Below, in pieces: positions 38,201-48,000 of a stretch of DNA of 64,000 nt. Source of the stretch: Selaginella moellendorffii (taxonomy: Eukaryota; Plantae; Lycopodiophyta); contig NW_003314336.1 in assembly GCF_000143415.4 (NCBI RefSeq), forward strand, positions 547,296-611,295, in the 5' to 3' direction. Position 1 is the first letter of the stretch. The number at the start of each line of letters is the position of its first letter. A model generated the notes under the pieces. That model was not told the DNA's origin, did no database searches, and saw nothing but the letters and a program-made list of their open reading frames with translations. The translations under genes were made by a program, and so were the position numbers.

Positions 38201-40050
38201 CTAGAGTATTTGGGTGTTCCAATGATGGCTTCTTTGACAATGAACATTTCCTTTTACGACATTGACTTACTATATTGCAACATAAGCAACTTATCCCCGA
38301 TAAGGGTATGTTTAACTTCTTTATGCCATTAGAAGTCTTGGATAGTTACCTTCTACTCGTTTAACCAATTACCTGCACCTCTTGCTTAGTTGCTTCATAG
38401 TTGTCAAGTCCTACAACTCATTGCTGGTGCTTCCACACCTCCATCATTATCTGGGTCACCACACTCTACCACATGCCTTCCAACTTAGGCTATGCCATTT
38501 CTATTTCCATTGGGATTCCCTTGGCAAGGGGTTCTCATGAACCCATCAACATAATCTCAAGGTATCACACCTTGGCCCATTTGGTGTCTCCACACCATCG
38601 GCTCCATAAATCTACTTTTGTGACACTTTACACTTGTGTCTAGGTCTTTGCCAAAGCCAACCCAGTCGTTTCTCATACTAACTATCTGTTAGCACTACAC
38701 CATAGTGTTCGCACACAACTCTGCACCAAAGTTGCTTCTTCTAGGAATACCTTTTCCAAGACTTTAGTATGACACATTCTGCCACCCATGAAATACCCAC
38801 TGTTCTCATACTTGGATTTTATGATCCTCCCCATCCTTCGTGAAGCACAACACACCTCAGTCCAAATGCTTTTATCAGTCCTTTAAGACTATTCCTTGAC
38901 TCCACTTAAGTCATTCAGCCTTTTGGACTTTTCTTAATCCCTCAACCTATAAGGTTTTACTTTTGAGATGCTAGTTCATTGGAATACAACTTCTTGTATT
39001 CATGTCCTACTCACCAGGACCACCATTATAAGTGTTCTTCCAACACTTAACTATTTTTCGATAATTGTGTGCTACCTTCGCCCGTTAAGATTATCCATCT
39101 ATATGATGGGAATATCGATTCATCCTCTAAGCACACCCCCAACTCCTAGGGTTGTTCTAGCATTTATTCAAGGTAGCCCGACTACCATTCCAAGGACTTA
39201 TATCCTCATCCATATTTGACCTCCCACAGTCATTAATTTTGGTTTCAAATTCATAAGCATCAGCCTTGACTTCATGAGGGTAATTTTGTGACTCCTTTAT
39301 CGTTTTAGAGTCTTTATCTTCTCTGTGATCCTAACAATAATTGTTTACCACAACTACATTAACCAATTTGCTGAATCAAATGCTCATCTGAATCACATCC
39401 TAAACTCAATGAGGAAAATCTTGCACTATTCCCAAGATCCCAAAGTCATTCCATTATTGGCCCTTTTCTATCCACCACCTCATTTACAAGTTCATACATG
39501 AACTATAATGGAAAGCCATGTCTTCCCGACCTGCTACTCCTTGAGGATAGGCCCACTCTTCGGACTTTCCGATGCCAACACCAATGGTGATATACTTGAG
39601 CACCAATAAAAGTCGGATTAAGGAATAGCTCCGATACCAAATTGTAAGTGACTAATTTTTCCATGAATTGTGTTGTACTTTCTACTTAGTTGTTTCATAG
39701 TTCATAAGTTTTACAACTCATTACCAATACTTCCACCCCTCCATCATTATTTGGGTCATCACACTTTAACTACATGTCTTTCAGCTTAAATTATGCTATT
39801 GCCATTCCCATTTTCATTCCCATTTTCATAGAATTCTTTTGGCAAAAAGATACCAAAGAATGTCACTTTATATATTGTTGACAATTAACTAATATATCAT
39901 ACATCTGGATTTAGAGTTTGCTGAAGTTGGTCTTATAAAGTTGACAACCCCATTCGAAATATTCCATAATATCATTTTTATTCTGAAACTTCAGGATGTT
40001 GGTGGTTACACACACACGAAAAAGAAATCCAGTTTCACATACATTCATAC

Positions 40051-40755
40051 TCACTGCTTGGCATAGAGAAGCAGGATCTCAGGATTCAGTGCTTGCTTGG
40101 GGACCTCGGGATTCATTGCTGTCGGGATTCACTGCTTGCTTGGGAACCTTGGGATTCAGTGCTGGCTTGGCATAGATAAACAGGCTTTCGGGTTTCACTG
40201 CTTGCTTGGCATAGAGTAAGGGGGCTTCGGGATTCCCTGTTTGCTTGGCATAGAATAAGGGTAAGGGGGCTTCGGGATTCCCTGTTTGCTTGGCATAGAA
40301 TAAGGGGGCTTCGGGATTCACTGCTTGCTTGGGGTGGGATTCATTGCTGGCTTGGCATAAAAAAACAGGCTTTCGGGATTCACTGCTTGCTTGGGACCTT
40401 GGGATTCATTGCTGTCTTGCATAAAAAACAGGCTTTCGGGATTCACTGCTTGCTTGGCATAGAGTAAAGGGGCTTCGGGATTCACTGCTTGCTTGGCATA
40501 GAATAACGGGGCTTCGGGATTGATTGATTGCTTGAGTTCTGGAGTTGTGTTCTCTTCTTTAGCCTTCGTTTCTGTAACCTCCTTCAGAATAGATGTTGGG
40601 TTCGTTTTTGATTGTTCAACAGCATCTATTTCGGTTCGGAGAGCTAAAGTCGCCTGAAAAACGAAATAGACAATGTCAAGAGCATCTAGAGCAACTGTAA
40701 AACTTACAGTGAAGAACAACACTAGAACGAATGAAATTGCATGAGTGTTTTGTAT
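40051..40755 (-). pseudogene. Secreted multi-core RiPP (burpitide / cyclopeptide-alkaloid) precursor peptide, with lesions in this assembly
   Basis: Signal-like exon (x)QNTHAISFVLVLFFT|ATLA with a 54-bp GT-AG intron 40654-40707; acidic leader; nine NPE/KPE-core-AK repeats (APLFY, APLLY, SLFF[Y], SLFFY, APLFY, APLPLFY, APLLY, SLFIY, ILLLY); stop TGA at 40051-40053; expected ATG reads ATA (40753-40755); frameshifts near 40330 and 40120. Confidence 0.8.
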
Positions 40756-41326
40756 ATTACAATATGAAGCCACTTTCTTAAATAGTGTTGGAGGTGCCAG
40801 AAAGCGCAAAGACCAGAGTAAAATATCATGTGAAAAGTCAATTCATAGCCAACTTTAGGTTTGCATATGTTTACTGAACTACAAAGAAACTTCTAATTTT
40901 ATTTTTCTTTTGGAAAAGAGTAAAACTGTTCATTGATAAATGAAGTTCAATTTTGTCGTGAAGTTCTATCAAAAGACAATATTTCTGCGAGCCTGGCCCA
41001 CTGTATCAGAATAAATAATAGCACACTATAATGACCACATGTTGAATAATGACACACCAACTAACATTGGATCATGGTGCCCACTTGACATATGAACAAG
41101 TCACCTAGTAGTGGACAAAATAAAGCATCTAGCTCAGAGTCATTATAAAATATATAAATAGATTGGTTACCTTGGCTTTAGGTTTAAAGGTATTGCATCA
41201 ATCATACACCTCTAGAATGCTTCAGATGACATTTTCTAGATATGTATGGTTTCTGACATGATTCTGCACGTGATGAGTTGACAATCGATCTCCAAGAATA
41301 ATAAAATAAACCTAAACTGACGGGAA

Positions 41327-41346
41327 AAACCCTAACGTTAGGGTTT
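41327..41346. promoter_or_regulatory. Perfect palindrome of two telo-boxes, AAACCCTAACGTTAGGGTTT; G-box CACGTG at 41267-41272
   Basis: Exact sequence 20 bp upstream of the oxygenase ATG. Confidence 0.55.
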
Positions 41347-41365
41347 CTCGCTTGCATCCGCACTT

Positions 41366-42355
41366 ATGGAGGACCAGTTTGGTAAGTTCCCTGTTGTTGT
41401 GGTGCCAAATCCAAACGAACGAGAATTGCCGCTGGATGACTTGATATCCAAGGTCCAGGAGCACAAAGCCTGGATCCATGACAAGCTCGCTCGCAATGGA
41501 GCATTGCTCTTAAGAGGATTTCCGGTGAAAGACGCAGCGGATTTTGATCAAGTTATCAAAGCTCTGGACTACAAGACCTTGCATAATCACTTTGGGAGCC
41601 AAGACCGGAAACACGTCAAAGGCTCGGTTTACACAGCAAATGACGACCTCCCTCTCGAGATTCCAATCGGCTTCCACAACGAAATTACTTATGTAAGCTT
41701 GGACAGTAGAGAAATTTGTCAGTCGTGAAGCTTTCCTTGCAGATGCCCGTCATTCCCGACGTGCTTGTTTTCTACTGCGAGGTTGCACCGCCCCAAGGAT
41801 GTGGTGGCGCAACGGGCATTGTGAGAGGGGATGCTGTCTACGAGGACTTGTCCAAAAAATTCCCTAGCTTTCTTCAAGATTTGGAGGACAAGGGAGCGAT
41901 ATATTGCTTCACCGTGCCAGCATCGGAGCAACCAAAATATGGCAGGTACCACACCACATTCTTCTTCAATGGATAGTTATATGAGATTTCTTTCCTTCAG
42001 CAATATGAATGGGTACAAGAGAAAGCAGCTTGAGAATGGACTCGTGAAGCTCTACCTTGGGCCTTGCCCAGCAATCAAGCAGCTTCCAAGCGGCAAGAAG
42101 GCATGGTTTAATGCGATTGGATCAAGCTACGTCCGTGATTCTAGCGAGCCATATGTTGAGTTTGGAGACGAGACAGCCATGCCCACGGATGCTATCAAAG
42201 CCGCCTGTGAAATCATGCAGGAGAAACAATTTGCTGTGCAGTGGGAGCAAGGGGACGTGCTCATACTGGAAAATTCTCATGTGCTCCATTCTAGACATTC
42301 CACTTCCAAGCTCGAGCCTACTCGCAAAATCCTTGTGTCCATGCTCAAGTATTGA
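41366..42355 (+). CDS. TauD / clavaminate-synthase-like Fe(II)/2-oxoglutarate-dependent oxygenase (~294 aa)
   Basis: Exons 41366-41692, 41743-41945 and 42001-42355 join in frame; GALLLRGF, VYTAN, IGFHNE (HxE), FYCEVAP..GGAT, W.QGDVLILEN..VLHSR and RKILVS. Confidence 0.92.
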
Positions 42356-42483
42356 TTGTATTGTTTACCGAATCTCTATTTCTCTTGTTAACAAGCTGTT
42401 AAACGAAACTCTGCTTTATTAAACTACATTTATTTTGAAATTGAATAAATGAACGGGCGTAGGCAAAAGCCTTTATCATTTCC

Positions 42484-43446
42484 ATGTCTATTGGCGGTCA
42501 CGTTTTGCTACATGTCTTGCTTGCGATTTCTCTCGTGTATCATGTGGTCAGCTTCAAGAGCCTCTTAGTCATGAGCTCTCGCTCATTCTCAACTCTTACT
42601 TTTGTTTTCGACGCAGGGGTGTCTCCTTCCTGGCTCAATACTGGAGAGGCTGTCGCCCTTGGATGATGCCTCCAAAATGCGCATCAAGCGGGAAATCCAT
42701 GCTTCCGGCACCATGCCACTCGAGTCGTGCAAAAAAAGCCGGCTTCCTGTGTGCCACCACATTGATCATCACCGCCAGCATCATCACCTTGCCAGGAATG
42801 GAATCTAACCTTGGAATTTGATCCCCCAAACTTTTCTTCCAGATGAACACGCTTGTCGGCTGCCACCGCCTCTCCTCTGAGACAACTCAATTCCTCCCAG
42901 TATGTTCACGCATTCACTCCTTGAGCCAGTTCTTGGAACCATGGGTTTCTCCCGACTGCTGCCAACGATGCAAATCCTGATGCAGTCTTCTGTATCAAAG
43001 GCAATGTGGGACAGCTTGAGCATGTGTTCTATGGATGCCAGCATCAAGGACGAGATCAAGGCGTGCCATGTCTCCGTGAAGACTATCCTGGAGCAAGCGT
43101 CTTCGATAGTCAGCAGGCCCGATTTGAAGCATGTCATAAACACTGTGAGCGATGTGGAGGGGGAATTTGAGGTGGTAGAAAAGGCTATGGTTGCTACAAA
43201 TGGGACTCTAGCTTGTCATCCCATGACATTTCCATATGCACTCTACATGTGCCATACAATTCGCTTATGGTGACACTGAAACCATATTCACAATCTTGCA
43301 GCAAGCTTGTGGAGGTTCCTGCAGTTTGTCACTTGCACACCTCAGGCTTTGACCCATCCCACATTTCATTCAAAGTGCTACACATGAAGCTTGGTGTGGG
43401 AGAAGTCTGCCACTGGCTCTTAGAGTGTCACTTTGTTTGGTATTAA
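42484..43446 (+). pseudogene. BURP-domain protein (candidate burpitide cyclase), frameshifted in this assembly
   Basis: Signal peptide MSIGGHVLLHVLLAISLVYHV, intron ~42547-42616, LSPL..C..AGFLC, KLFF, FLP, C...KAC..S, then CHPMTFPYALYMCH (CH-x10-CH) and AVCHLHTSGFDPSHISFKVL..VCHW...W; frame breaks near 42735, 42820, 42900 and 43265. Confidence 0.9.
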
Positions 43447-44342
43447 CATCTCAAATCAAATGTCTCAAATAAGAAAATATTAAAGATTATATACTATTTT
43501 GAAAGTTTTGCAGTGCTCACCCTGAAGCATGAGAGGGATGCATATATTGTTAATATTTGGAGCTAAATAAAAAATATAAAGAGGTTTAACCTTGTTTGGG
43601 TAACATTTTGAAATTCTTTACCACTTAAACACCCCCAAGTTACCTCAAAAGCTCTACCATGCCTTAATCTTACCTATTGACCATGTAAAAATTCTTCCCC
43701 CAAAAAAGTCTTTATCCTAAAGATAAATTGTATTGATGATCACCTTTTTTAGGGAACTTTACTCAAATTCATGATCCATCATCCATAACTATATACATCT
43801 AGAAGGTCCTTTCATTCCAAAATAATACACACTTCAACTGACTAATATACAATGTTAGATGAATTTTCACTTTAGATAGTAGCCACACTTGATAATGCAC
43901 TCCAACACTTTTTATGGACCAATATATTTGTGAAAAAGTTTATCACTTATCCCACTTTACAAAAACACTAAAATGTTTATCACTCATTTGATGGAAAGTT
44001 ATTTGCACAAAAATGAGATTTCCCACCTTATATTCCCAAAATTAATAATGCTTATTAGCAAGCTTTTATACCTACTTGCAAATTTTACTTACATACCATA
44101 GTGGCCAAATCAACCACATCTGAATCAAGTTTGTTTAGAAGATCAATGTAATTTTCTTTTTGGCGAATGCTACAATGTAATATATCCTCCACCTCATTTA
44201 CATGCTTGATCTACATATTTGTCTCTCCACTTAAGAGCTTTAAAGTCCTTTATATATGCTTTGCAAATATATCGCACATGGTTTTCACTTTTTATATGGT
44301 GTTTTACAATAGGATAATTACAAAGCAAAACTGTAACCCTTA

Positions 44343-44558
44343 TGTAAGCAGCCAAAGGGAACGATTTGAGAGACGGTCCATGGGGTTCAAATATAGAGGG
44401 CAAGGGTTGGGGAAAGGAAATATAGACGGTCCATGAATAAAAGTGCACCCCCTTTTCCAATCGGTTAAAAGTCTTGGGATATTTGGGGTTAAATGTCCTT
44501 GGGTTTAAATAGTATTGGCTAGGTGACCTCCCGAGAAGTCTAAATTCAGGAGCTTACA
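44343..44558 (+). mobile_element. Cassandra-like solo LTR with 5S domain
   Basis: TGTAAG...CTTACA termini; near-TSD CCTTA/CTTTA; GGTGACCTCCCGAGAAGTC 5S-like block. Confidence 0.85.
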
Positions 44559-45059
44559 CTTTACCCACTTGGGCCAAAGGTAGTGGAGTAGAACCCAAGT
44601 TCAGAGCCTTAGGCCACCGTACAAAGGGATGGAGCTTGTTAGATCTATCAAGTGTCAAATGCAAAATTACACTCACATTCAGAGGCGGAATGACCATCTC
44701 ATGGTTGTCAACTTGAACACCATCTTGAAAAATCTTTTGCAGAAAAAGCAACCACTCATAAAACTGGTAGAAAACCAAAGCATGAAACTACTCCCAAGCA
44801 TATAGCTCAAGAAGCAAAAGGACAACAACATGGAGCGATTCACAAGCATACAACCCAAAAAGTGAAAGGACAAGAGCATGAGGTGGCATTGGAGCAATTC
44901 TAAAGCTTCCAACATCCTAATAGACGCTGCACATCTGACCATCATAGTCAAATTGTGATGGTTACATCAACAATTTGAAGTGATGTTGCCCTAGTACATG
45001 TCACCATCACTGTCATTTTTTTAACGGCGGCATTGTGACAATGAAATCAATTTGAATGC

Positions 45060-48000
45060 CATTTTTGTCCTAATTGTATGTGGCCTAAGTGTTCAGCAAA
45101 CTCTTTTTGGATAAGTGGAAAAATGCTCGTCAAATACTGATCTCACGACGTAGCATTGGTAGCTCATGGCAATTGCAAAGGTAAACCCAGTTCCATTGGT
45201 AATATTAAATAATGACCATATAAAAGTTTATATGGTGAAGCACTAACAGAACCCTACACCCTTGTGATATATGCATACCGAAAAGACGGCAAATAACCAT
45301 CCCAATCCGAATGCTAAAAGTTCACGTACTTCATGATCATTCCTTTGAATGTTCAAACGAGCCGTTCCGCCAAACTATCTGACTATGCATGATAAACACT
45401 CATGAAAGTGTGGTGTATCCCCAACCAAAACGTCAAAACATGAAATGCCTCAGCCATAAATGCAGGACCATTATCCGAAAGAATCCGCTCTAGAGAAGAA
45501 TGTTGGAACACCACTTGATTGAGGAAGAAGTATCCAAAAATAATTGCATAGATGTTAGTAAAAGCACCAATTTCCACCCAACGAGTCAAATAGTTAGAAG
45601 CAGTAATAACTATTCACTGCTTGTAGTTGATCGTGGAAAAGGTTCTATAAGATCAAATGCCATTAACTCAAATGGACGGGAAACTGCAATTGACTCCAAC
45701 CGTCATTTTGCAGAATGAGGGGGAGTATTACGAGCTTGGCACCAAACATAGTTACGCACATACCGGATAACATTATGTTGCATCTTTGGCCAATAAAAAG
45801 ACTTGCACAGCTTCTCGGTCACATGACGATATCCCATATGCCTGCATAGAATAGGAGAATCATGGTAGGCATGAAGAAACTGTGGAATAAAAATGGAAGG
45901 CACCACTAGCCGTAAATGATCATCAAGATCTATCCTCATAAAATAAAGAAGGTCGTCTTCAAGGTAATATTAAGAATGCAAATGCTGGAATGGTAAATCA
46001 TCAGCAAGTGATGCAAAATTCTTAGACCCATCTTGAAGCCTTTGAATCCATGGCTCAATCTTTTGAGCTTTGCAAGCCTCATCAAGAGAAGGTAGATCTT
46101 GCTCTGCGCCTTGTGGACACTGAATGTCAAGTATAACAACTGCCGACGGCACAAAATCCTCATTTAGAAAATCCATAAATACTGGAACAACAGGCTTGTC
46201 AAAAATATGAGAAGAGAGTGGAGAAGGAAGAGGAGCTCGAGAAAGGGCATCAACATCAACCATAGAAGTCCCTGGGCACAGAATCTTTATCTAGAAAATC
46301 CACAGATGCTAAAACAACAAACTCTTCAAAAACATGAGAAGAGAGTGAAGAAGGAAAAGGAGCTCGAGAAAGGGCATCAGCATCAGTCATAGAACTCCCC
46401 AAGCATTAAAATCATATATCTAAAACTTCAAAGCCCACTGAGCAGTACGATTAACAAAGTTCTTTCGCTTCAATAATGAAGTAACAGCAGTATGATCACC
46501 TTCTAGTAACATCCGAGAACTATGTAGATATGCATGAAGATTTTTGAAACCCTTCTTCTCTGTCGTGGAGTAGTTCACCTCCGCTGGTTGTAATGTACGG
46601 CTTATATACGCAATGGGATGGCATTGATCAGGCACACTCGGGCTCTTTTTTATCAACTCACCTCCAAGACCAATATCAGAAGCATCCACGTGCAAAATGA
46701 ATGGTTGAGTGTAGTCAAGATATGCCAAAATCAGAGGAGTCATCAATAGCTTTTTGAGATCTACGAATGTTTGCTCACAATCTGGAGACTAGATGAAAGA
46801 TGATATTGATGGCTTCAGTAATGTTGGCAATGATGCAGTGTGATTAGAAAGATGATCCACAAAACGACTGAGATACTGCACCTTGCCCAGAAAGTGCTAC
46901 ACATCATTCACACACTTCGAAGTAGGGAACTTTAGAATAACCACAAGTTTATCAAGATCAACTTGCAAACCTTCATGAGAAATACAGTACCTAAGATAAG
47001 TCGTATCCTTGAACCCCAACATACACTTCAATCACTTCAATTTTAAACCAACATCTTCTAGCTGATCCAACACTTTACAAACATCACGGATGTGTTCCTC
47101 TCTGTAAGCAACTAAAGGGAACAACTCGAGAGACGATCTATAGGGGTTCAAATATAAAGGGAAAAGGCCCATGAACAAGAGTGCATCCCTTTTTCCTTGG
47201 TTAAGGGTCTTGAGATATTTAGGGTTAAGCGTCCTTGGGTTTGAATAATACTGGGTTGGCTAACCTCCCGGGAAGTCCAAATTCAGGAGCTTACATTTGG
47301 TATCAGAGAAGTCTCAGGTCTGACTCTAATGGTTGGCTAGGGGAATCACACCACATGTTGATTGACATCTAGCAAGTCCAGTTCACTCCCGGCTGGGCTT
47401 GACCTGAGGGGTAGGGTGTCAAGAGAGCGGGGCTCTCAAAAGAGCTACGGCTCTTAGCTTTGTTCACAAGAGCGTGAACTTGTAGGGAAGCATGATCCAT
47501 AGAATGAAAGAGCCCACATAGTATGGATTTGTAATTCGATCCATAGGGGTTCAAATGTAGAGGGAAAAGGTCTATGAATAAAAGTGCACTTGCTTTTTCA
47601 ATTGGTTAAAGTTCTTGGGATATTTGGGGTTAAGTGTCCCTAAAGCTTACACTCCCACGTGCCTTATAATGGATCAAGACATTATCAATAAAGTCAGTAG
47701 TCACCTTTGGCATATCACATAGAATTTTATCCATCATTTGCTAAAAAGTTGCTGGAGCATTGTTCAAACCAAACAGCATCACCAAGAACTCGTATAAACC
47801 AAACGGTGTACGAAAAGCAATCTTAAGAATATCTTTTTCGGCCATCGGTACTTGCCAATACCCACAAGCAAGATTTACCTTGGTGCATTGTTCAAACGAA
47901 ACAACATCATTAAAAACTCGTATAAACTAAATAGTGTACAAAAAGTAGTCTTAGGAATATCTTTTTCGGCCATCGGTACTTGCCAATACCCAGAAGTAAA

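Larger units (their letters stand above)
33716..39663 (-). mobile_element. LARD-like element copy D3: 3' LTR 33716-35457, ~4.2-kb non-coding interior, PBS, 5' LTR stub
   Basis: Minus strand: PBS TGGTATCGGAGC at ~39628-39639; LTR end TGTAAGTGACTAATTTTTCCAT repeated at 33716 and ~39642; purine-rich GGATGGTGGAGT before LTR start TGTGAGACAC at 35457. Confidence 0.85.

Noticed and set aside
40079-40520. Repeat array considered as CRISPR-like or plain minisatellite
   Set aside because: Eukaryotic context, no unique spacers; the 39-nt codon-phased units follow a signal peptide and intron
43500-45050. Additional cluster gene (methyltransferase or peptidase) downstream of BURP
   Set aside because: AT-rich, stop-ridden, TE-like sequence with a solo LTR; no enzyme motifs seen
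47215-47285. 5S rRNA gene
   Set aside because: Only the central ~55 nt resemble 5S, embedded in TG...CA LTRs with PBS/TSD; no full 120-nt gene or T-run terminator
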